64,000 nucleotides of DNA from Octopus sinensis (lineage: Eukaryota). Both the position numbers and the translations under genes were made by a program. Below the pieces are notes generated by a model. That model did no database searches. It was given only the letters and a program-made list of their open reading frames with translations, and had not been told where the DNA came from. The stretch lies in assembly GCF_006345805.1 (NCBI RefSeq), contig NC_043006.1, forward strand, positions 6,634,001 through 6,698,000, written 5' to 3'. Below, piece by piece: positions 12,041 through 23,885 of the stretch (position 1 is the stretch's first letter; every line of letters begins with the position of its first letter).

Positions 12041-14168
12041 TATACATACATACATAGATACATACATACATACGTATATATATATATATATGCGCAGCAC
12101 ACACACTCACACACACATACACACACGTATGTACGTACACCTATTGCATACATGTATTTTGTACACGTAAATGTTCGTGTTTGTGTGTGTGTTGCCCGTA
12201 TATCAACAAAACACTTTTTTCCTCGATGAAAGAAAAGCAAATAAAATCTTAACAAAAACTTACTCGTCACTAGAAGGGGACTTAACTCTTGTTTGTAAAC
12301 AATGGTGATTTCTCCGACTTGAAAATTGTTAAAAGTTTTGGTTGAAAAGTTATTATTACTGCTATTCGCTGGTGCCTCTGGGGAAAATAAGTTGGACGAA
12401 ATACAGCTAGAGCCATGACGAATGTCCTTCTAAAATTGGAGCGACAGTCGTGCTTATTTGTGGATGTGCATAAATTACATTCACGTGCACACACACACAC
12501 ACACACACACCACATACACACACACATCCTGCCTTTTATATATACAGATAAATGGGAGTATTTCCACTCAATATACATTTGCATAATGCATTCTTGCAAA
12601 GTTAGGCCACATAGATAAATGGTATTAGTTTTGCCGCATTTTGAACAAGAATATAATCAAAGACATTACAACCATAACCAACTGAGGCCCAAAACTGATG
12701 CTCAAATAGTTAGGACCCCATTCTACGTTGAAAGGTAGGCAAATTGATGCCAGTTCAAGTTTAAATGTTCGGTAAAATACACTGGAATACCCGAACATTG
12801 AATTAGAACACGAGATATTTGACTACTATTGTATCTAATCAGTAGTTCGATTCTCCATTCATACAGAAACCACGTGAATCATCTCAACTCACAGGTGAAC
12901 TGATGATTATCTTCCGAAGCATCAATGTCTTTTGTTGTGGCAATTTAGCCGTAATTAATTTTGTAATATCCAGGTAAAATTTGGATATAATAATGCTATT
13001 ACAGAAGCCAATGTTAAAATGGTAAATATTATTTCCAAGTTATAGACGTAAATATATGTTTTTATATTATATTGGTATTTAACATTCTTTCAGAATATTC
13101 CAGAGAACTATTTAGGCGGAAAACAGTATTAGCAATATCTTCTGTGTGGTTCTTATTTACATTTCCTTTACAAATTAGTAGTTTTAGCTGAAACACTTGT
13201 CATAAACAGCGAATAATTTAAAATACATGAAAATAAAATATAAAGTGTACTTTAAAAAGGTATGGCAAAATTATTTATATTTGTAAATTAATTCCTGGAT
13301 GTTTACTTTTCTTCTTTCATATTTTCTTTTCCTTGATTTCTTTCCGCATAAATAGATGACGTAAATTGACAATTTGAATAAAGTAAAAACAGGAAGCACA
13401 TAGAACCGAGCAAAACAATTTATTTTTAGAAAAGTATATTCTGTTATAGAGTTCATATGTTATATTTTATTTCATAAATTCTGTACAGATGTTGCTTTTT
13501 AAGATGGTGTTTTCAATGAGTAGTAAGAAATACGCCAGCTGCTTTTGACTTATTAGAGAAAAATTTGTAATCGCAATAAATAACAGAGAAGCATTAGACG
13601 TTTGATAATACAAAATATTGATATATGATAAATTTTACTTGGAATTTATAAGATATTTTCACACGTCTTGCATGGTTAATACTTTATATCAAATCTTTTT
13701 ACTTGCATTCTCCTTTGCATTGTTTACTACAGCATTTGAAAAGACGAAAGACTACTTTATTTGTTCATGCTATATTCCTTAATAGAATGGATGATCTTTT
13801 AAAAATAGTCTGTATAAGAGAACTGTGAAATAAAAATTTCTATATGCACATTATGTCTTCCTTTTGTCTTCTCAAGCATTTTGAAGGTTAAACCTAGCGA
13901 AAACAAGCACAACAGAGAATAGACGAACTATTGTCTCCTTCAGTGAATAACTAAATTCTTTTTTATTAATTAGAAGTATATTGCTGCATACAATTAATGA
14001 ATCATTATTACATCACGAGCAACACACTCTACATAACCGTTTCTATGCAACCGGTTCACTGAATACTGGTTGATAAACAAAGACTGAAGGAATTAAGATA
14101 CCATACCTGGATCTTTCTAAATGTTGATGAGATCACACAAGAACAACGTAACGTCGATTTCAATATTA

Positions 14169-14716
14169 CTTACTTACTTGTACTTGTGGCGACATTCGCC
14201 TTGAGTGGGTTGAGTCGGCTTCTTCTACCACCCTCGAGGCATCTCGAACCATGGCAGCCCACGCACGACGGTCCTGCGCCAGTTCACTGGAGATAGCGAG
14301 CCAGTCACGGTTCCATCGGCGCAGGCCGACCACCTGCGGTTCCGTGAGCACGGAGAGGTCCTCCTTGATCGTCGTAACCCAGGTCTTCAGCTGCTCACCC
14401 GCGCGTTTCCGCCAGTTGGGAGAAGGACATCACGGCTCAGTTCACCCACCGAACGCCTACATGCATGGCCAAACCACCGCAAGCGCCGTTGCAGAAGGAC
14501 AGATGGAAGGAGCCGCAGAGACAGGCGAAGTCGGAGATTGGCGGTGGGAACTCGATCCACCCGACGGCAGCGAAGAATGCAACGGAGGCAGTCATTGTCG
14601 AAGACTTCCAGCCTTCGTTGATCGACCACCCGCATAGGCAACGTTTCACAGCCATAGAGAAGTACTGTACAAACAACAGCCTGATATATTCACCCTTTGG
14701 TCACCGATGAGATCTC
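14169..14716 (-). mobile_element. RTE-clade LINE 3' end
   Basis: Translation IYQAVVCTVLLYGCET...RRLRWFGHACRR...LAQDRRAWAAMV, ending in a CAAGTA/AAGT repeat tail. Contains a stop and a frameshift. Confidence 0.85.
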
Positions 14717-14942
14717 CCTTCGGGAAGAGGGTGTGTCGATCAAATCCTCAACCTCCGGCGTGTTCTGGAACAACGGTGGGTTTACCAGCAGCCTACTGTT
14801 CTATGCTTCATCGACTTCGCTGCTGCCTTTGATTCGGTAGTTCGGGAGGCCCTGTGGCGCATAATGCAGGCGGACAGTATCCAAGAGAAGCTGCTCCCCC
14901 TCATACAAGGCTACTACTACCGATCGACTCGAGCACGCGTCA
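14717..14942 (+). mobile_element. RTE-clade reverse transcriptase fragment, inverted relative to the 3' part
   Basis: The + frame from 14717 reads PSGRGCVDQILNLRRVLEQRWVYQQPTVLCFIDFAAAFDSVVREALWRIM. It is absent from the ORF track. Confidence 0.85.
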
Positions 14943-15543
14943 GATTGCAATATTAGCCACATGTGGTCTACTGTTAAATTATAACTGCAAAAATAAGGGA
15001 AACATGTAAAGTTATATCAATATGTTTAATCAACGGAATATAAAAGATATTTTTACATTCCTTCAAATAGTATTGTAGTACTCTTCGACGATTTAAACCG
15101 ACTAGACATAATACTATATGGATATAATGAAAACGAAACTAAAGAAATGAAAATAATCTATGCAGAGTTAACTAGCCTATGACGAAAAACTCTATTTAAT
15201 ATCGTAAATATATCTAAAGACTAATACAAAATTTTATATATTTAATCCAGTGCTGTATATTTTATATCAGAATTGCCTGTCAGTATGGAACGTGATTATG
15301 TAGTACTACGGAATGCTTAATAAATTGGATTGCACAACAAACACTGACCATTATTGATCGCTAAATGCTGATTAAATATATCTGATGATAATGGAGATTT
15401 AAAGTTTGTAAAACACTCTAGAAATTTTAAAAAATACAGGAATGTTTGTAAATTCAAACAGTTGTCTTGCAATAGCGTCTCCCAAATGGAAAGTAAATAG
15501 CGTGAATAAATTTTGCGCACAGATACAAATACATTCACACACA

Positions 15544-15599
<56 letters not shown>

Positions 15600-15696
15600 A
15601 CACACACACACATACTCATATATATATTTATATACATATATATAGGTGAGAGAGTTGGTGTGTGAAAGCACGTGGTTGGATGTATAAAAAATAAAA

Positions 15697-15998
15697 AAAA
15701 GTGAAAAAACTACAGAAGGCTTGTGTTATAAGGTGAAAGAATATATTTAAGTCGTTATGTTAGAAAAATGTTATAAAATTTTGTGTATAGTAACATAGCT
15801 TTTGGGGAAATAACCGATTTCGTATGACACGATGTAGGTAAAGAAACCTGAGACATTTGAAAAGAATATACGAAACCGGTTATTTCTCCCAAAACTAAGT
15901 TACTATACACAAACTCTTATAGCATTTTTCTAACATAGCGTCTTAAATATATTCTTTAACCTTATAATACAAGCCTTCTGTAGTTTTTTCACTCTTTT
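15697..15998. repeat. ~300-bp imperfect palindrome with a possible decayed hammerhead at its centre
   Basis: AAAAGTGAAAAAACTACAGAAGGCTTG... is mirrored by ...CAAGCCTTCTGTAGTTTTTTCACTCTTTT. The centre reads AGAAAC-CTGAGA...GAAAC-CG-GTT-ATTTCT. Confidence 0.7.
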
Positions 15999-16018
15999 AA
16001 AAAGTTTTTTATACATAT

Positions 16019-16092
<74 letters not shown>

Positions 16093-16676
16093 TATATAGA
16101 TAAATGCATATATATATATATATAGAGAGAGAGATAGATAGATAAATAGATACATAGATAGATACATGCATACATACATACATACATACATACATAGGTT
16201 GATACATATTTAGATTCAGATGAATATGGTACTGAAGTCGAGGCACCAGAATTTAGAACGGTATTATCCATAAAATTTCAAAGTAAGAGAGAGAAACATC
16301 GTGACGGAGGAAATATCTTCATTTGTATAGATCAAAAATAAAATCACAGATATCAAAAAGAGAATTGGACACGCAATTCAGCGAGAAAAGTACTAAAAAT
16401 AACCGTTAACAGATAAGGATGTATAAATGCCCGCGGGCAAGTTGCATGGCGCGAGTACAGTCGCTCATACAAGCATCCGCAAAAATGAGACCATACGCAC
16501 ACGTGACGTTTGGTGCACTCATGATCATAAAGCGAGTTAGTAATCTACTTGGTGTTCAGAAGAATGGGGAGGTTAAAAGTAAACTTTAGTCATCCGTACC
16601 TTAATGTAAATTAATTTAAGTTAACAGTTACTGAAAATTCACTCTCACTGCATTGTGCGAAAATACATTCATTTAC

Positions 16677-16740
<64 letters not shown>

Positions 16741-16741
<1 letters not shown>

Positions 16742-17103
16742 TAAATTAGAGATAAAACCACTATTAGGCAAATCAAACAGTGAAAATCATAAGCCAATAC
16801 ATAGAAATAAAATTAATTAAAAAATATAAAATATAAAAATCCAATTAAAATATTTAAATTAAAGTTTAAATTTAAAAAAATTATTTAAATTAATAAATTA
16901 AACTTATAAATTTTAAATATATATATATATATATATTTTTATTATTATTTTATTTATTTATTTATTTTTTAACATTTTAAACTATCAAAAAGTATTAAAA
17001 GTTTAATATAAGATAAACAGTAAAAACACTACGATCGTTTCATGCCCGTAACCAATTCGAATAACAATAATAATAATTTAAATTCAATTAATAATTCGAA
17101 TTG
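16741..17103 (-). mobile_element. AT-rich element between TA tracts with a hammerhead 3' half
   Basis: Minus strand GAAAC-GAUC-GUA-GUGUUU at ~17025-17041. The CUGANGA half is absent (truncated). Confidence 0.4.
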
Positions 17104-17116
17104 TATATATATATAT

Positions 17117-17477
17117 TGGTAAAAACGGTAAGATAACAAAAGAAAGAAAAAGACTTCAATATTATGTAAATAGTGGAAATTTATCTGTAAAATAAAATGT
17201 GACAATTATTCAATAGCCAAGATAAAAACTGAGTTTCGGGTGCCGAGGTAGAAATCCACAACACCCTCTCTTCGGTTATCTGGCCATCTGAAAACGCCTT
17301 TATATTGTTGTGTAAGAGTTGTAAATATTTGCTGTTATCAATCAGGTACAAGTTCTTGGTATTATCCGAAAAAAGTGCCAGATAACCGAAGAGATGGTGT
17401 TGTGGATTTCCACATCGGCATCCGAAACTCAGAGTTTTATCTTGGCTATTGAATAATTGTCACATATTATTTTACAG

Positions 17478-17480
<3 letters not shown>
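17117..17480. mobile_element. Hammerhead-bearing short element with inverted duplication
   Basis: Arms 17182-17284 and 17377-17480 are inverted copies, flanked by (TA)n. A homologous element lies at 47365-47590. Confidence 0.75.
17377..17446 (+). ncRNA. Type I hammerhead motif, U4C core variant
   Basis: GCCAGAUAA-CCGAAGA-GAUG...GUGG AUUU CCAC...CAUCC-GAAAC-UCAGA-GUU-UUAUCUUGGC. Stem I is AGAUAA/UUAUCU. A mirror copy lies on the minus strand at 17216-17284. Confidence 0.65.
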
Positions 17481-17510
<30 letters not shown>

Positions 17511-19686
17511 GATATAATATGATATACTTGTCTATTAAAGCAACAAAGGCATCACGAAAAACACATACACACACATGTATATATATTATGTGTGTATGTG
17601 TGTGAATTATTTCTACCAAGAACACGTATGTACAACTATATATACTCAAATAATTGTTAATGCTCATTTTTATGAATTAATAGGTTTTGTAATTATTAAA
17701 TTTTGCGGTCGAAAGCCTCCTTTTGACTATTTGGTGTTGAGCTTGTTGCACCTCCGAAATTTGAATCTTATTTTCGCAGCTTGTGAACGAAAAATTACTT
17801 CAATTAAAATTTCTTACATATCATTTAATTCATGAACCGAGGTTAATTTAAATTTAGCTGAAAGAATATTTGTACAAAACAGCCACTTTACATATACACA
17901 ACTACACAAAGAGTATCGTAAACATAAACGGAAGTTAGTTTACTAAGAAATATATTTTAATGGCTATATGTGTATGTCTGTGTGTGTGTGTCTCAGTGTG
18001 TGCACGCATGTGTGTGTGTCTGTGTGTGTCCATGTGTGAGTCTGTGTGTTTTTGTGTGAGTGTGTATGTGGGTGTGTACTTTGTATATCTACGTATTGCC
18101 AACTTTCTATTTAGGGTACTGCCATAAATTACATTCCAATAACATTTGTTTTCTAAACCAGTTTAAATATATCCTAGATGTAAGCTATTTAAATTTATGT
18201 CACTAACGTTCGGCATTAAACTGTAAACTCTAAACGACTACATGACTATTTTTAAATTACAAAGTATTTCCTTGCAAAAACCTATTAATTCATGCATGAT
18301 GCTCTACATTTGACCAAGTAGTGTGATATCAATAAAATATAAGATAGCTTTATAGTACACATGGTATAGGTCAAGAAGCTGTTCCATCGCGGGGAAATAA
18401 GATTACTATTAGCTAAAGATACTTGTGTATTAAACATCTTTCTTTTATTCTGATCTTGCCACGCATATTGCTACGATGTCATAGCTACTGGAAACTATCT
18501 CTCATTGATGGACACAACGTATCACCATTAAGTAGCTAAGAATTATCGAAACGATTAGAATAGTTATAGTACCGTGCCTAATCAAATGGAGTTTGTAGTA
18601 TTGGTGTTTACAATGACGGAAGGTCTAGTCAATTGACATCGAGTTAATTGTACATTTAAATTCAATGAGCATTTGGTGTTCATAAAGCTGCCGAATCTTT
18701 TTCCTATATTTGCAATTGAATCACAGTGAATAAGAAATGTTTTTCTTTAGCAGTCATAATTATGTAATCAGAACAGAGTTGTGATTTATTTCTCCTTTTT
18801 ACAATTTCAGGGGATGCGAAATGAATTCCTTCTCCTTCTCCACAGAACACCAGGAGGCGGGTGTTTTATTCTCAGTAGAACTTATTCTTCGTGATAGCTA
18901 AATAAACTTAGACACAATGATTTAAGAGTTTTATTAAATTATACTACGAAACACAGGAATTCAAGAAACGTGATAACTTTGCTCAATATCATATTCACTT
19001 TAACAATTCACCTCTATTTTTAAAGATATATTGAAATGATAAATAAAAATACAAATAATTTTTTTATCATAGATTTCACAAGTAATATTTATTATATTCA
19101 AACCAGTAAAATGTCACGAATTTGAGATTTCTATTTTGTTCAATATTAGTTTAAAATCTATCAATCGATAAAAGAGGCCGAGTATAATCTATTTTTTTCC
19201 GAACAAAAATAATAATAATATCAAAGTAAAAATATAATCGTGTTATCTCAGATTCTACAGCAAACAGGATTTAACGCAATATTCTCTGATTCAATTCAAT
19301 TCCTTTGCTGATCTACCGCACAACAACCGTAAACATGCGAAATATTTTAGCAGAATTTTCTTATTTGGAAATATCTATAGCATTTTTGTCTTTATATCTC
19401 GCTCATGCATTGTGTTTCTGCATATCTCTACAGCAGAAGATTTCTTTTGCAGGAGGAAGGGGCAGTGATCGGTTGAATATGATGCACATTATTATCGTGT
19501 AAACAGGAATGCATACCTTCCTGGAGATAATGGTGTTTATCCCTGTTTTTGAAGTAAGTGGCATCAACATGAATATACCCAATATATAGCTATGCAAAAT
19601 ACCTTATTTCAGCTGATATACATATGTATGTGTGCGTGAGTGTGGGCACATGTGAATGCGTGTATATACGTGCATATATATATGTA

Positions 19687-19720
<34 letters not shown>

Positions 19721-19766
19721 CAAATATATATATATATAATATATATATATATATATACAAATATAT

Positions 19767-19798
<32 letters not shown>

Positions 19799-21496
19799 AT
19801 ATGTATATATATATGTATATATATGCACGTATGTATATGTAGAGATGTAGAGTAAAAGCGACAAAAGGACAATGCGAAAAAATTAAATAGAATGCGGAGG
19901 TGGGTGAGTAAAATGCGTATTAGAAAAAAACAAAAAAACAAATGACAAATTCGTAGAAGGTTTATATCTCAGAAGATAATCTGTTTTCTGATTTCTGTAA
20001 CTCATTCGTTCATTCACTGGAAGGAATAATGAACATCTGTTTTTGATCTATTCAAATACAAATTTAAATTTCGAATTCTAAAGCACCCGGCGGTGGTTTA
20101 TTCGTTTTATTGCTCAGTGACAAGAAAGGCATGCATTCATATCGTTCGGTGGACCCTCAAGAGTAGAGAGATTAATACGGTTTATGTCAAATATTGCAGT
20201 GAAAAAAGATAGCACGAAGAAAGATCAAGAAAAATGACATAACAAGGCGAAAAGAATTTAACGCATGGTTCGATGACATCAGATACGGTAGAGTTTATGA
20301 GAAGAGGAAAGTTGAGTGTGTGTTGCGTCGAATTCGAATTAGATTTATGCAACAAATATTATCAGAACAGCAAACGCCGAAGAGATAGTAGTGGACCTTC
20401 TGTCAATGTCATCGAAGAAAATAGGACATTCTATCAATATAAATATCAACTGGCTATTTTAAAGGAGTGCAGATGCCTGAATCGGCGGAAGGAAATAGAT
20501 AAAAGCACGTTCGTTCTAGGTGAACTTATATAAGTTTAATGCTACAGAAGTAACAACTCAACATACATCGTTTTATGTAATCAAATCTTTAAGGTATTAA
20601 AAACTTACAAATTGTGTTTATATATTCAAGTGAAATGAATATAAAGGTAAACAACCGTAATATATATATACACTTGTATATATTTTTGGCATTGATACAT
20701 TTTGTTATACGATTGGGTACCAAACACACCACATATTGAGACGAAAATATCCAATTAAATGGGACGATTCGTTCCAATATAAGAAATGTTTCATACTTGC
20801 GGTGCTTAGCATCTAGAAACAACATGCATGAAACTATTAGAGCATAATCCTAATAAGATTGATAAATAACCGTTGATATTAAAAAGAAAATATATATGCC
20901 ATTTGGAGTTGCGTAAGGCGATATTGCTAAAACATTTTAAGAGTTTTCAAGAATGCTAATTACAATATATTTTCCTTTTTATACGATGTCAGCATTTAAG
21001 GAAATCTTTAATTTCCAATACCAGTCAAGGAGAGAGATGGAAAGGAAATTTTGCTTATTCTCTTATTTAAACTGTTAGGAAAATCCAGTGAAACAATTCA
21101 CTTGATCAAAATAAATTATCACAAAATCAGGACATTTTACATTCTTTCATTCACAATAATCATATAGGATTTTATTAAATTCTCTGCAAAACTTTTGAGC
21201 ACAAAACCGATTGTCTTAAATACTAAGACTTATAGGGTCTGTCGTTTGTGAAACCAGTTACAATACGTTTCGTGTAACAAGAGATGTGAGTGTAAAGCCG
21301 ATACCTACGAAGGCAGAAAAGAAAATCACTCGCAGAAAACGGCCACCGTCTATATCAATATACGAATAACTATACGCATACACACACACACATATATATA
21401 TATACACATATCTACATACATACACATTTATAATTGTCCGAATAAGATTGATTTTGTGACGATCAATTTGCATTATTGTATGCATATTTCTTGTGT

Positions 21497-21654
21497 GCGT
21501 GGCTGTGTGGTAAGTAGCTTGTTTACCAACCACATGGTTCCGGGTTCAGTCCCACTGCGTGGCACCTTGGGCAAGTGTCTTCTACTATAGTCTCAGGCCG
21601 ACCAAAGCCTTGTGAGTGGATTTGGTAGACGGAAACTGAAAGTAACCCGTCGTA

Positions 21655-21687
<33 letters not shown>

Positions 21688-21917
21688 GCGTGTGTGTGTT
21701 TGTGTGTCTGTGTTTGTCCCCCTAGCATTGCTTGACAACCGATGCTGGTGTGCTTATGTCCCCGTTACTTAGCGGTTCGGCAAAAGAGGCCGATAGAATA
21801 AGTACTGGGCTTATAAAAGAATAAGTCCCGGTGTCGAGTTGCTCGATTAAAGGCGGTGCTCCAGCATGGCCGCAGTCAAATGACTGAAACAAGTAAAAGA
21901 GTAAAAAAGTAAAAGAA
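21497..21917 (+). mobile_element. tRNA-derived SINE family B with internal (TA)n(TG)n
   Basis: A box GTGGCTGTGTGG, B box GGTTCAGTCCC. Homologous to 25958-26378 and 48408-48828. Confidence 0.9.
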
Positions 21918-22248
21918 TACAGTACCATTGAAGTAGGGAGTATTATAGAAAGGCAGATTGAACATTAAGGTAATTCGAAATAGATCACCACCAGAATCAT
22001 GATCATATCAAAAGTTATACGTGTTTGGTAGAGCAACTTTTAATTCAATGTTTTAACCGTGACGTACATTCCTATAAAATACAGTCTGCGTGTTTGAGCT
22101 TTTATTGCTATAATCTTATGGGTTATCGGTTAGAGTTGATAGTGCTTACTTCATGACTGCATTATTACATATATGCTTTCTTGAAATTTTTTTATTCTGT
22201 ACGGGCTGATACACACACACACATACACACACACACACGCACACACAC

Positions 22249-22279
<31 letters not shown>

Positions 22280-22481
22280 TTATATAAATTCCTCCATGAG
22301 ATCGGCACCAAAAAATTGTTGGTATGTTAAGATATTTCATCATATGAAACCAATGATAGACTTCATATACAAATAATGAAATTTTAACAAAAATGCGGTA
22401 TTGAGCACGTATTCTCATATATTTGACATTTACGTATACGTGTGTGTAGGTGGGTGCTTTGGTGTGTAATATATATATATA

Positions 22482-22641
22482 TACGGCCATATCACTTTGA
22501 AAACACCGGTTCTCGTCCGATCACCGAAGTTAAGCAAAGTCGAGCCTAGTTAGTACTTAGATGGGTGACCGCTTGGGAAACCTAGGTGCTGTAAACGTCT
22601 TTCTCTCTCTACTCCATTGTCTCCCGAGACAAAAAGGATGC

Positions 22642-22650
<9 letters not shown>
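22482..22650 (+). mobile_element. 5S rRNA-headed retroposon (SINE3-like or chimeric retrocopy)
   Basis: 22482-22596 is a near full-length 5S-like sequence (TACGGCCATATCAC...AAGTTAAGC...TTAGTACTTAGATGGGTGACCGC...TGCTGTAAAC). It has no T4 terminator and is followed by a tail identical to 57134-57168(-) and CAA repeats. It lies within (TA)n. Confidence 0.8.
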
Positions 22651-22674
<24 letters not shown>

Positions 22675-23316
22675 CACTTATTCAACCACATGTCATCCCG
22701 AGGGTTACTGCAGTTTTGCACCCTTCATCATGTGATGAGTTCGATATATAATAAATTGTGTTTATATGTCAGCACTGATAAGCATTCTGATTTAATGCAT
22801 ATAAACATGTATGTTTATATGCATTATAAACATACATGTTTACAAATCAGTGCAGATCAACAAAGTTAGCTCAACAGATCACCAGAGTATCGTGCTTAAA
22901 CCAATGTTGCAAACGTGAGAGATGTGTAATGCTTTGCATGCATATGCTTGTATACATATAAACATAATTTACTATACAACAAAATTGCGATTGCATGATG
23001 AAGGCTGCGAAACAACCGTAAGCTCAAAGAAGATATGTGGTTAAATAAATGTATTTACCTCTCATACCTCCTGAAAATTTATTGTTTATAAACCCTCCGT
23101 GAAAGTCTCTCAACGACAGATTCTCTTGGATTTCAGAGATCTGCATTATATTCCTCCGTATTAGATTACTATGTAATGTGCTAACAGAGTCTGCGAAGTA
23201 GCGGGGTGGCTTTCTGTGACTGCCAAACGATTTTATAAATTCACATGCTATGCACTACAAAACGTATAAATATATAGATAGATAAAATGACAGACACATA
23301 GACAGACAGACAGATA

Positions 23317-23773
23317 TGTTTCTTTATTAGCCACACAGGGCTGCACACAGACGGGATAGATTATAAAGTAGAACTTTTCTTTTTTGGGGAAAGAAAAAAA
23401 TAGGTGGGGTAGGTTTTCGATCAAAAGGGATCGTAAACGGGAAAGAAGGAAAAAGAAAAGAAAGGAAAAGAAACAAAAGAAAAAAAACGATAAATAGGGA
23501 TCGTGTTTCACAGAAATGTCATGGTGTAAAGTGTAAAGGGGGAAGCAAATAAGGTTTATCCGTGGGAAGAAGACCTACGGAAAAGACCATTATTGTTACA
23601 TGTTAACACATTTGTTTGCAAGTAGGTAACCCTCTGTCTTAAATTTTCCGGGTTCATAGGATTATTCTGAAGGTGGCTTCGTCATTCATACGTGCCATCC
23701 TTGCTACATTCACCCATCTTTTTTTGAAACATTCGCTAGACAAAACATTCGCTAGACAAAACATTCGCTAGAC
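23317..23773 (-). mobile_element. Tx1/L1-like LINE 3' end in a (GATA)/(GACA) repeat
   Basis: Minus strand encodes ...SSECFKKRWVNVARMARMNDEATF, then a 3' UTR ending GTGGCTAATAAAGAAACA into TATC/TGTC repeats. Homologous to 41093-41590. Confidence 0.7.
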
Positions 23774-23805
23774 AGACAAACAGACACACAGACAGACAGA
23801 CAGAC

Positions 23806-23885
<80 letters not shown>

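Noticed and set aside
22482-22596. Functional 5S rRNA gene
   Set aside because: Solitary, 5' nucleotides missing, stem-disrupting changes, no T4 terminator and a retroposon tail.
22990-23025. Hammerhead-like ATGATGAAGGCTGCGAAACAACCGTA
   Set aside because: C3 is absent, there is no stem I or convincing stem II, and stem III is not palindromic.
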